A stretch of 64,000 nucleotides of DNA from Escherichia coli (GTDB taxonomy: Bacteria > Pseudomonadota > Gammaproteobacteria > Enterobacterales > Enterobacteriaceae): assembly GCF_050320075.1 (NCBI RefSeq), contig NZ_CP190018.1; one strand, 5' to 3'. A program made the position numbers and the translations under genes. Below, one piece after another: positions 23,389-32,979 of the stretch (position 1 is its first letter; each line of letters opens with the position of its first letter). A model generated the notes under the pieces. The model saw only the letters and a list, made by a program, of their open reading frames with translations. It was not told the origin of the DNA and ran no database searches.

Positions 23389-25794
23389 GTGGATATGGCA
23401 GCAGTAAAAATCTCAGGTGTGCTGAAAGATGGTGCGGGAAAACCAATACAGAACTGCACTATTCAACTGAAGGCAAAGCGTAACAGCACCACGGTACTGG
23501 TGAACACGGTGGCCTCTGAAAATCCGGATGAAGCCGGGCGTTACAGCATGGATGTTGAGTATGGCCAGTACAGCGTCACCCTGCTGGTTGAAGGTTTTCC
23601 GCCTTCGCATGCCGGGAGCATTACCGTCTATGAAGGTTCCAGACCAGGTACGCTGAATGATTTTCTCGGTGCCATGACGGAAGAGGATGTCATGCCGGAG
23701 GCATTGCGCCGTTTTGAGGAAATGGTGGAAGAAGCGGCACGCAACGCCGAAGCCGCCTCTCAGAGCGCAGCGGCGGCAAAGAAATCCGAAACGGCTGCGG
23801 CATCATCGAAGAACGCGGCGAAAACCTCAGAAACGAATGCAGCTAATAGTGCACAGGCGGCAGCGACCTCAAAGACTGCATCGGCAAACTCCGCGACAGC
23901 AGCCAAAAAATCAGAAACCAACGCGAAAAATAGCGAGACAGCCGCAAAGACGAGCGAAACCAACGCAAAGTCCAGCCAGACGGCAGCGAAAACCAGCGAA
24001 ACGAATGCCAAAGCCAGTGAAACTGCGGCAAAAAACAGCCAGGTTGCAGCAGCCCAAAGCGAGAGCGCGGCAGCCGGTTCTGCGACTTCAGCAGCTGGAT
24101 CAGCAACTGCTGCGGCTAACAGCCAGAAAGCTGCGAAGACGAGTGAAACTAACGCAAAGTCCAGCCAGACGGCAGCGAAGACCAGCGAAACGAATGCCAA
24201 AGCCAGCGAAACTGCGGCGAAAAACAGCCAGGTTGCAGCAGCCCAAAGCGAGAGCGCGGCAGCTGGTTCTGCAAGCGCGGCGGCTGCTTCTGCCACTGCA
24301 TCAGCCAACAGTCAAAAAGCGGCAAAAACCAGTGAAACCAATGCAAAGACAAGCGAGACTGCAGCGGCGAACTCGGCGAAAGCATCGGCAGCAAGCCAGA
24401 CAGCAGCTAAAGCAAGTGAAGACGCAGCCAGAGAGTATGCAAGTCAGGCAGCAGAGCCGTATAAATATGTCTTACAGCCACTGCCTGATGTGTGGATACC
24501 GTTTAACGATTCACTGGATATGATTACGGGCTTTTCGCCGTCATATAAAAAAATTGTTATTGGTGATGATGAAATAACGATGCCTGGCGACAAGGTTGTT
24601 AAGTTTAAACGCGCATCAACTGCCACATATATCAATAAATCAGGCGTATTTAGTGTTGCTAAAATTGATGAGCCACGATTTGAAAAAGAAGGTTTATTGA
24701 TTGAAGGACAGCGCACTAACTATTTTGTTAAATCCAATACTCCCGCTGAATGGACGAGTACCAGCAATATCGATAAAACTAATAATGGTGTTGATGAATT
24801 TGGTTTTTCATATGCCAAAATGCGAACAAAAGATAATATGACAGGACAATCATCTGCACTTAGTCTGCATACATGCAGTGCATCCCGGGGGATTGATGTT
24901 AGTGGCGATAATAAGTATTGCACTGTTTCATGCAGGGTTAAAGCTCCTGATGGTCTTCGTTGTCGTTTGCGTTTTGAAAAATACGATGGGTCGGTTTATA
25001 CATTTTTAGGAGATGCTTATTTAACTTTCGGAACTCTGATAATAGAAAAAACTGGCGGAGCAGCCAATAGAATAGCAGCTACTGCAACTAAAGATCCGGT
25101 TACAGGGTGGATTTTCTATGAGGCAACTATAGAAGCTGTTGAAGGTGAAGCCTTAATTGGCGCAATGATTCAGTATGCGCCGAAAAAAGGTGGTATAACT
25201 GAAGCGGGAGATTATATTTACCTTGCAACACCACAATTTGAAAACGGCGGATGTGCTTCATCTTTTGTTATTACGACAACTGCACCCGCAACCCGCTCCA
25301 GTGATATGGTGACGATCCCAACTGAAAATAATATCTATAATAGACCGCTTACGTGTCTTGTCGAGGTCAATAGAAATTGGGGCGATATTCCTCCTAATGT
25401 AGCACCGCGTATTTTTGATTTTTCTGGTGTGCCACCTATTGAGTCAATTACATACGCTTTTAACACAACTGAGAAATATTACGGTCAGCTTTATATACAA
25501 ACTTATAAAGCGTTGACAAGTACTTACGTTTCTAGTGTGTTTGCTGGTCGAACTGATGTTCGAAAATTCATTGGTGGTTTTAATATTTATTCTGATGGTA
25601 CTAAACGAGTAGTTTCTAACGGTGAGGCTACTAAAACTATGAAAACGGAGTGGACGGGCGTAAAAACACGGACCTTTATTCGAATTGGAGGTCAAGCCAC
25701 ATCGGGAACTCGTCATCTATTCGGCCATTTGAGAAATCTTCGTCTCTGGCATAAAGAATTAACTGATGCGCAAATGGGGGAGAGTATTAAATGA
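23389..25794 (+). CDS. stf: side tail fibre protein (Stf-like), chimeric: lambda-like N-terminus, repeat shaft, AT-rich divergent C-terminal domain
   Basis: 801 aa; N-terminal ~100 aa match lambda Stf as recalled (MAVKISGVLKDG...); internal Ala/Ser/Thr/Lys repeats; composition shifts to AT-rich from about nt 24480. Confidence 0.85.
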   Translation: MDMAAVKISGVLKDGAGKPIQNCTIQLKAKRNSTTVLVNTVASENPDEAGRYSMDVEYGQYSVTLLVEGFPPSHAGSITVYEGSRPGTLNDFLGAMTEEDVMPEALRRFEEMVEEAARNAEAASQSAAAAKKSETAAASSKNAAKTSETNAANSAQAAATSKTASANSATAAKKSETNAKNSETAAKTSETNAKSSQTAAKTSETNAKASETAAKNSQVAAAQSESAAAGSATSAAGSATAAANSQKAAKTSETNAKSSQTAAKTSETNAKASETAAKNSQVAAAQSESAAAGSASAAAASATASANSQKAAKTSETNAKTSETAAANSAKASAASQTAAKASEDAAREYASQAAEPYKYVLQPLPDVWIPFNDSLDMITGFSPSYKKIVIGDDEITMPGDKVVKFKRASTATYINKSGVFSVAKIDEPRFEKEGLLIEGQRTNYFVKSNTPAEWTSTSNIDKTNNGVDEFGFSYAKMRTKDNMTGQSSALSLHTCSASRGIDVSGDNKYCTVSCRVKAPDGLRCRLRFEKYDGSVYTFLGDAYLTFGTLIIEKTGGAANRIAATATKDPVTGWIFYEATIEAVEGEALIGAMIQYAPKKGGITEAGDYIYLATPQFENGGCASSFVITTTAPATRSSDMVTIPTENNIYNRPLTCLVEVNRNWGDIPPNVAPRIFDFSGVPPIESITYAFNTTEKYYGQLYIQTYKALTSTYVSSVFAGRTDVRKFIGGFNIYSDGTKRVVSNGEATKTMKTEWTGVKTRTFIRIGGQATSGTRHLFGHLRNLRLWHKELTDAQMGESIK
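23945..24322 (+). repeat. two tandem ~189-bp (63-codon) near-identical repeats inside the stf shaft
   Basis: aacgcaaagtccagccagacggcagcgaa... recurs at 23962 and 24151; embedded in a longer array of shorter AAKTSETNAK-type units. Confidence 0.75.
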
Positions 25795-26072
25795 AAGATT
25801 TAACACTCAAATTTGCAGACAGGGCCGACTTTTCGGCCTTTATGGAGAGCATTGGCTATTATGATGACGAGTCGATGCAGGATGATATTCTTATTGACGT
25901 GATAGGTAATGTGTACAAAGAAACCGGAGAACTGACTGAAGATGGCGAACCGGTATGTGTTAAGGAAGACGGATATTTTGTAAACGTGCGCATCATTAAT
26001 GATTCGCAAATATCGTCAATATTCGATGAATACGTGGTTGCTGTTGAGCATCAACTTCGTGGCTGGATGTGA
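25791..26072 (+). CDS. acidic 93-aa hypothetical protein, translationally coupled to stf
   Basis: ATG overlaps stf stop (ATGA); AT-rich; no family recognised. Confidence 0.55.
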   Translation: MKDLTLKFADRADFSAFMESIGYYDDESMQDDILIDVIGNVYKETGELTEDGEPVCVKEDGYFVNVRIINDSQISSIFDEYVVAVEHQLRGWM

Positions 26073-26081
26073 GGAAGAAAA

Positions 26082-27122
26082 ATGGCTACATCGACAGTAA
26101 TTCCTGATGACATCAAAACGCTAAAATCCGACGTTAGCAAATTAAAAAACGATCAAGGAAGCTACGCAACAAAATTATATGTAGACAGCAAAGATGAAAT
26201 CGTTGGTGACTGGTCTGTTTCATGGTATCAGCAGGTATTGCCAACTAGCGGAGCTATATTTGGGAGAAAACTCCGCTCAACTCACAGGACGGCAGGTGTT
26301 GAGGATGCGTATTGCGAACTATACCTCAAAAAATGGATAGACAGTCCAGGTAACGCAATGGCGCGCCTTAACCTGAACGATAACGGGACAAACATTTGCT
26401 GGGACTTTACCAACCTTTATGGCGGTACGATGATTTTTCCCGGTGACAGCGGATACCTCAAAATGGGTAACTGCCTTATGTCATACAGCAAGCGTGGAAG
26501 TAACGCGCTTATTAAATTTGATTACACCGACACATTACAGATCAAATATGCCAATCATGGGTCAACCATGACATTAAACACACAGGGAACCGCTTATGCT
26601 GGTGTTACTGCTCAATTGTGGGGCAACTCCAGCCGTCCTGTTGTTTATGAAGTCGGTGTTGATGGTGGCGCTTATATGTTCTATGCGCAGAAAAATACCG
26701 ATAACACCTATATGTTAAGCGTTAATGGTGCATGTCATGCCACCGCATTTAACCAGCATTCCGACCGGGATCTGAAAGACAACATTCAGGTGATCGATAA
26801 TGCAACCGACCGCATCCGTAAAATGAACGGCTATACATACACGCTTAAAGAAAACGGTATGCCCTATGCTGGTGTCATTGCACAGGAAGCTCTGGAAGCA
26901 ATCCCAGAAGTTGTAGGTTCCGCAATGAAATATCAGGACGGTGCGAGCGGATCGGAAGGTGAAGAAGGTGAACGTTATTACACAGTAGATTATTCTGGTG
27001 TTACTGGCTTGCTTGTTCAGGTAGCCAGAGAGTCAGACGACAGAATAACAGCACTGGAAGAAGAAAACGCAGAATTAAGACAAAGATTATCTGCAATTGA
27101 TGCGGCGCTTGCGTCTAAATAA
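26082..27122 (+). CDS. tail-fibre-like protein with C-terminal intramolecular chaperone/self-cleaving domain (peptidase S74-like)
   Basis: 346 aa; good SD GAGGAAG before ATG; C-terminal ...NQHSDRDLKDNIQVIDNATDRIRKMNGYTYTLKENGMPYAGVIAQEALEAIPEVV... followed by a coiled-coil tail resembles the autoproteolytic chaperone domain of endosialidase/T5 L-shaped fibre proteins. Confidence 0.65.
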   Translation: MATSTVIPDDIKTLKSDVSKLKNDQGSYATKLYVDSKDEIVGDWSVSWYQQVLPTSGAIFGRKLRSTHRTAGVEDAYCELYLKKWIDSPGNAMARLNLNDNGTNICWDFTNLYGGTMIFPGDSGYLKMGNCLMSYSKRGSNALIKFDYTDTLQIKYANHGSTMTLNTQGTAYAGVTAQLWGNSSRPVVYEVGVDGGAYMFYAQKNTDNTYMLSVNGACHATAFNQHSDRDLKDNIQVIDNATDRIRKMNGYTYTLKENGMPYAGVIAQEALEAIPEVVGSAMKYQDGASGSEGEEGERYYTVDYSGVTGLLVQVARESDDRITALEEENAELRQRLSAIDAALASK

Positions 27123-27158
27123 TATTAAGGGGCCGAGCGCCCCGTTTTATTGGGTAGG

Positions 27159-27458
27159 ATGAAAATGGATATAACACCTTTCCTTCATGCGCTTTGTGCT
27201 GTGGCTGCGCAGCTACTGATTGGTCTTTTTACCGGGAACTGGGCTTACGGGGCGATAGCCGGTTGTACGTTCTTCATTGCGCGTGAACACACCCAGGCAG
27301 AATATCGCTGGATCGAAATGTTCGGGCATGGCAAGCGAATGAATATGCCGTGGTGGGGCGGTTTTGATCCACGCGCGTGGGATGTGGCAAGCCTGATGGA
27401 TTTTGCTGTGCCGGTGGTGGCGTGTCTGCTGGTCTGGCTGTTGGTTAATCGTGGGTGA
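27159..27458 (+). CDS. small hydrophobic membrane protein (2-3 predicted TM helices), function unknown
   Basis: Track ORF begins with TTG at 27150; ATG at 27159/27165 more plausible; hydrophobic stretches [16 protein letters not shown] and [15 protein letters not shown]. Confidence 0.5.
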   Translation: MKMDITPFLHALCAVAAQLLIGLFTGNWAYGAIAGCTFFIAREHTQAEYRWIEMFGHGKRMNMPWWGGFDPRAWDVASLMDFAVPVVACLLVWLLVNRG

Positions 27459-27608
27459 AAAAAGGTGGGCTGTATATGCAACGGAGGAAGAAACCACGTT
27501 GCTGGAAGCCTGGAAGAAGTATCGGGTGTTGCTGAACCGTGTTAATACAACAACTGCACCGGATATTGAATGGCCAACAGTACCCATTATCGAATAGTGC
27601 ATTACGAA

Positions 27609-27650
27609 CTGCAGGATATTATATGGGATAATATTCTGCAGTTTATTGGG
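27609..27650 (+). terminator. 14-bp-stem hairpin plus T-rich tail ending the fibre-operon transcript
   Basis: ctgcaggatattat-atggg-ataatattctgcag then tttattgg. Confidence 0.4.
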
Positions 27651-27670
27651 GCTGTATTTTAAAAAGGTGT

Positions 27671-29002
27671 TTATTTTGAGTGAATTATCACCTTGTTTTT
27701 TCCGGTTCTTTTGGCTTGATATAACGCTTTGTCGGCATTGACTAACATTTCAGATGGACTGAGATTATTCTCTTTTGAAGCAAAGCAACCAATACTGACA
27801 GTTATTTTCTCAGGTCCATGCGATAATAATTTTTCCGAGCATTGCTCTTCAATGTTTTTTCTGATTCGCTCTGCAATTGATAGCAAGAGTTTTTGAGTAT
27901 TACCTTTAATGATAATACCGAACTCCTCACCGCCTAAGCGCCCTAATATATCCTCTTTCCTGATGGATTTTTTTATTATTCTGGTAACCATTACTATGAC
28001 TTGATCACCCATATGATGCCCCCATTTGTCATTGATGCTTTTGAAACTGTCAATATCTAACATTATTACTGAGAAATCATGGTGTTTTGATATATTCTTC
28101 AATGAGTCAATAAAGTATCTTCTATTGTATGTATTCGTTAGTGGATCATGAATTGCCATATGATTAGCATGATTTAATTTCCTGAAAACATAATACATGA
28201 GTGTTGAAATGATATAAATCATTGATATCAATTCAAGAAATTTTGTCATGTACCATGCAGGATGGGATTTATCAATAAAATACAATAAAATTAGATTATT
28301 GCATACTGACACTATACTAATAAGTATTATACACAACCATATTTTTGAGTAATTACGTATGCTGATGCATGAGCTGATAAGTAATACAAGCCAAAATACT
28401 GATATTATTTTGGTGTACACGATATTCCACGTCGACAAATGACGATTCAGCGAGTATTGTATAATATTAAGACTATATTTTATATGGTCACTGCTTAGAT
28501 TTTTTGCTACAAACGGAGTAATAAAAAGAATTAATATTGACAAAACAACAATTATTATGTTTCTTTTATCTTCTAAAATACTTTTATTTTTAACATTGGT
28601 GGAATAAACAGCCAGAAAGATTATAGATATAAAGCTGAACTGACGGAATAGATAATATATTGCGATATCATTTGATTTCTGATAGATTGTAGATAAATCG
28701 TTACCTAACGGAGATAAAGAAATAATAGCCACTTCTAATAAATAATACGTGTTGCTCAAAAACGCGAATGAAAGAATTAAGAGATAACTTTGTCTCTGAT
28801 TAGAAACATAGTAAAGCAATAGAAAAATAAAAATCATCAGGTTTATGAAAAAAAGCCCAATAATGAAAACACTATAACTTATTTGTGTTGTTTGTGTTAT
28901 GTATATTCCATTATTTTCATGCAGTAACAAAAATATAATAGAGATGCATGAAAATAAAAAGATGAAGATTTTTATTTTTATAGGTACCTGGTTGATAATC
29001 AT
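27671..29002 (-). CDS. membrane-anchored GGDEF-domain diguanylate cyclase (N-terminal polytopic membrane domain of unrecognised type)
   Basis: 443 aa; SD AGGTG 6 nt upstream; C-terminal GGDEF motifs incl. RKEDILGRLGGEEF (I-site RxxD + GGEEF); about 8 hydrophobic helices N-terminal; extremely AT-rich. Confidence 0.85.
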   Translation of the reverse strand: MIINQVPIKIKIFIFLFSCISIIFLLLHENNGIYITQTTQISYSVFIIGLFFINLMIFIFLLLYYVSNQRQSYLLILSFAFLSNTYYLLEVAIISLSPLGNDLSTIYQKSNDIAIYYLFRQFSFISIIFLAVYSTNVKNKSILEDKRNIIIVVLSILILFITPFVAKNLSSDHIKYSLNIIQYSLNRHLSTWNIVYTKIISVFWLVLLISSCISIRNYSKIWLCIILISIVSVCNNLILLYFIDKSHPAWYMTKFLELISMIYIISTLMYYVFRKLNHANHMAIHDPLTNTYNRRYFIDSLKNISKHHDFSVIMLDIDSFKSINDKWGHHMGDQVIVMVTRIIKKSIRKEDILGRLGGEEFGIIIKGNTQKLLLSIAERIRKNIEEQCSEKLLSHGPEKITVSIGCFASKENNLSPSEMLVNADKALYQAKRTGKNKVIIHSK

Positions 29003-29594
29003 GTACGCACCTGAGAATGATATATATATAATATGTATCGCTACAAATAACGATAATTTCTTACTGGTGATAGTATACTATTATTCTGGTTAATCGCTGT
29101 CAAATTGATGATTTTGGTTAGTATTGCAATAGCGAAGGGTTTGATCCGGTAAGACTGGCTAGGCAAGGCTATACCAAAAAATCAGTGTAGGTTCAGAAAA
29201 CGATGCACCATACAATCATCAATAATTTCAAATTGTCCATTGTGCATAAATCATAAAGAAAACCGCAGCACGTCGTATGCAAGAACGTGCTGCGGTTGGC
29301 TGGTGAGCTTTCGATAGTGCGAGTATTGAATGATTTCCAGACGTTACCGATTTTATATAACTGCAGTGGAATTATTCAACACACAGGCAAAACGGAATAA
29401 GCTGAGAAAAAAGCGTGCTTTCCCAATCTGGGGCAAATCACGTCTGAATGACACCTGAAAACAGGTGGTAGCCTCAAGAAGGCTTGGAATATTCTTCTTT
29501 AATGTTATGTAATTCATTGATTTTTCTTGTACGATTTTAAGACATTTATTCCAAGAAAAATTTTTAACTCTTTGATTTTTCGACTCTGTATCAT

Positions 29595-29656
29595 CGGTCT
29601 CGAAAACCGGAGTAGGGGCAACTCTACCGGGGGTTCAAATCCCCCTCTCTCCGCCA
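29595..29656 (+). other. 3' 61 nt of tRNA-Ser (serU-type, anticodon CGA region to CCA): prophage attR core copy, not a complete tRNA
   Basis: ggtctcgaaaaccggagtaggggcaactctaccgggggttcaaatccccctctctccgcca matches the 3' two-thirds of serU as recalled; the 5' acceptor/D-arm is absent upstream. Confidence 0.85.
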
Positions 29657-30323
29657 CCTTATCAATGACTTATCTCCCGACTTCCCGCCTTGCTTTTCCT
29701 AAACAGAACAATCGTAGAATATTCTTGAAGGGTTAGATCGTCACTGTTTTCTGTTCGATACTGTGACATTCAGCACTTGATTCGCTATGGATCTGACAGG
29801 AAGGTTTCGAGCGAAAATCTGCAGTTATTCAGTCGTTTTCTTATCGGTCACCATTATTCTTTTAGACATTGATCCTACGAAGCTGCCGCAAAGTTGGTGG
29901 TGGGAACTGAAGTTGCGTAGAGAAGGAGTCAATAATTGAGCCAAAAAAGGAACGCGGCCGTCAGATTAAAGCCGCGGGACAAAGTCCATAATTTCCAAGA
30001 GTTGTTGAATTTCCCAACTTTTTTGAAAGCCTTTGTATCATACTAACAAGTAAAAAAGGTTTAAATACCAAAATTAACCTATATTTCTGGTTAGCTTTAC
30101 CATGACAGATGACTTGCTCCTGGAGACATTGGCGCAGCCAGTCTGTATTGGTGAGTTGTGTATTTATTGTTCGCCGTTTTCTCAGTTTTTTCTACAGACA
30201 TAATAAAAAAGACACGTCTCAAGCATGAGCGTGTCTGAGTTTGTCTTATTTATTTGTCTTGGTAAATTATTGTCGTTACTACTAGGCACTGTTCTGTTAA
30301 ATAATTGAATCAGCGAAAAAAAA

Positions 30324-30974
30324 TCAATGAGACATCATTTCCTCGACCACTTCTTCGCTACTCAACTGATAGGGATAATACGTTGGCCAGTTTTCCATTT
30401 CATTTAATAAAGATTGCTGTGAATCATTACCCATAAAAATGTGAAAATGAGATGATTTTCGTGGTGCAATTATATGATCGCTAAATTGAATATATTTAGG
30501 GGCTTTGCTTTCAGGATCTTTACATTCGAATAAATAACGAACGCCTTTCTTACCTGATTTATAGGTGAGTATTTTGTATCCATCGTAATCATATTTACAG
30601 GATGTTGTTTCATTATTTCTATGGAATTCAACAATGCCGTCCTCAATGCCAATCATCTCGATATCTGTCACATAACCTTTGCGATAATAATCTTTAATTT
30701 CAGCAAATGTTTTGGTTTTATCTGCATCCGCTTTCTTCTGAAAGACGGGGTCAAGTTTGCCACTTTGCAGTAAAGGATAAACGGATTGCCATACTCCATC
30801 CCAGTCACTTAGCGTTCGGTTTTGTACATTGGCATCATCAAAAACACCATTAGCAGCTTTTTGTTCGACCTCTGTTAAGGGTTTGCCGTGTGAGTGATGA
30901 CCATGCGAAAAGGCAGGAGCGCTAACAATAAAGACACCTAAAGCAACAGCCAGTTTATGAAGACGAATCGCCAA
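30324..30974 (-). CDS. zinT: zinc/cadmium-binding periplasmic protein ZinT
   Basis: 216 aa, signal peptide plus His-rich HGHHSHG motif. Confidence 0.95.
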   Translation of the reverse strand: MAIRLHKLAVALGVFIVSAPAFSHGHHSHGKPLTEVEQKAANGVFDDANVQNRTLSDWDGVWQSVYPLLQSGKLDPVFQKKADADKTKTFAEIKDYYRKGYVTDIEMIGIEDGIVEFHRNNETTSCKYDYDGYKILTYKSGKKGVRYLFECKDPESKAPKYIQFSDHIIAPRKSSHFHIFMGNDSQQSLLNEMENWPTYYPYQLSSEEVVEEMMSH

Positions 30975-31152
30975 AACAGTTTCCTCCAGAGTTAATGTAT
31001 ATAATGTGTAATGTTATATTGTAACATATAACAAAATGCAACAACTCTTAGGAAACGAGTGCAAAGTTACCTCAGGTATATTTTCCTATCTTATTGAAAT
31101 GACATAAATTATGTCGATGATTTGAGGTTGATGACAAACGAAACATAACCTG

Positions 31153-31192
31153 ATGTGATCTGCGTAGGCCGGATAGGGCGCTCGCGCCGCAT
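31153..31192. repeat. REP-type palindromic element
   Basis: gtaggccggatagggcgctcgcgccgcatccggcag in the zinT-msrQ intergenic region. Confidence 0.6.
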
Positions 31193-31230
31193 CCGGCAGG
31201 GATAACGCGTACTTTGTCGGTAATATGAAG

Positions 31231-31866
31231 TTATAGAGATAATTTGTTGTGAACCTGCTTGCGTAACCGGTTGAAAAGGGAAAGCAACTTCTTATACCGT
31301 AAGGCTAAAAGCAGTACCGCCAGCCCAGCGTAGATGAGTGGCTGCGGTGAAATAATCTTCACTGACCACAGATAATGTATTGGGGCCAGGATCGCGACAA
31401 GATAGACGAAATTATGCAACTGTTGCCAGTGCTTGCCGAGTTTTCGCTGCATCGCCTGGGTTGAAGTAAACGCTAAAGCAAGCAAAATAACCCAGCTGAT
31501 AATTCCTAACGTTAAATAAGGCCGGGTAATTAACTCCTTACCTAATAACGCCAGATTATTCACGCCCAGCTCCAGTAATGCGTAACTGGTTAAATGCAGT
31601 GTCGCCCAGGCAAAGCACCATAAGCCTAACAGGCGGCGAGTGCGTATCAATAACGGCTGTTTTGCGTAGCGTGCCAGAGGTGTGATTAACAAGGTCGCCA
31701 GCAAAAATTTCAGTGCAGTGCGACCAGTAAAATGCTGAATATCTTTCACTGGATCGGCACCCAGTCCACCGTGATTGATCGCCCAGACCAGCCAGAGAAA
31801 CGGCAACAATCCGGCAAGATGCAGGCAAACTTTCATCCATGTCACCTGTTTTGCTGTCAGACGCAT
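31231..31866 (-). CDS. msrQ: methionine sulfoxide reductase haem-binding membrane subunit MsrQ
   Basis: 211 aa, polytopic; immediately downstream of msrP. Confidence 0.95.
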   Translation of the reverse strand: MRLTAKQVTWMKVCLHLAGLLPFLWLVWAINHGGLGADPVKDIQHFTGRTALKFLLATLLITPLARYAKQPLLIRTRRLLGLWCFAWATLHLTSYALLELGVNNLALLGKELITRPYLTLGIISWVILLALAFTSTQAMQRKLGKHWQQLHNFVYLVAILAPIHYLWSVKIISPQPLIYAGLAVLLLALRYKKLLSLFNRLRKQVHNKLSL

Positions 31867-32877
<1,011 letters not shown>

Positions 32878-32979
32878 TCACACTTTTTTGTCGTTAGCCA
32901 GCAAGAGCCGTTTACTGTTAATCTGTCAGGGAGTGTCCTCCCTAACAGTAGCAGAGATCTGCTTTTACATATTTATGCA

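Noticed and set aside
23687-24523. Several 80-280-aa ORFs on both strands within the stf repeat region (e.g. 23687..24523 +, 23760..24308 -)
   Set aside because: Generated by the Ala/Ser/Thr/Lys codon repeats of stf; translations are low-complexity (Arg/Gln/Pro runs or Ala/Phe runs); the stf frame is the real one.
27462-27535. Possible short ORF starting at ATG 27476 (19 codons) after the small membrane protein
   Set aside because: Too short, no SD, terminates quickly; treated as intergenic.
29527-29736. 69-aa ORF overlapping the tRNA-Ser fragment
   Set aside because: Overlaps a structured RNA/att sequence; no SD; composition-driven.
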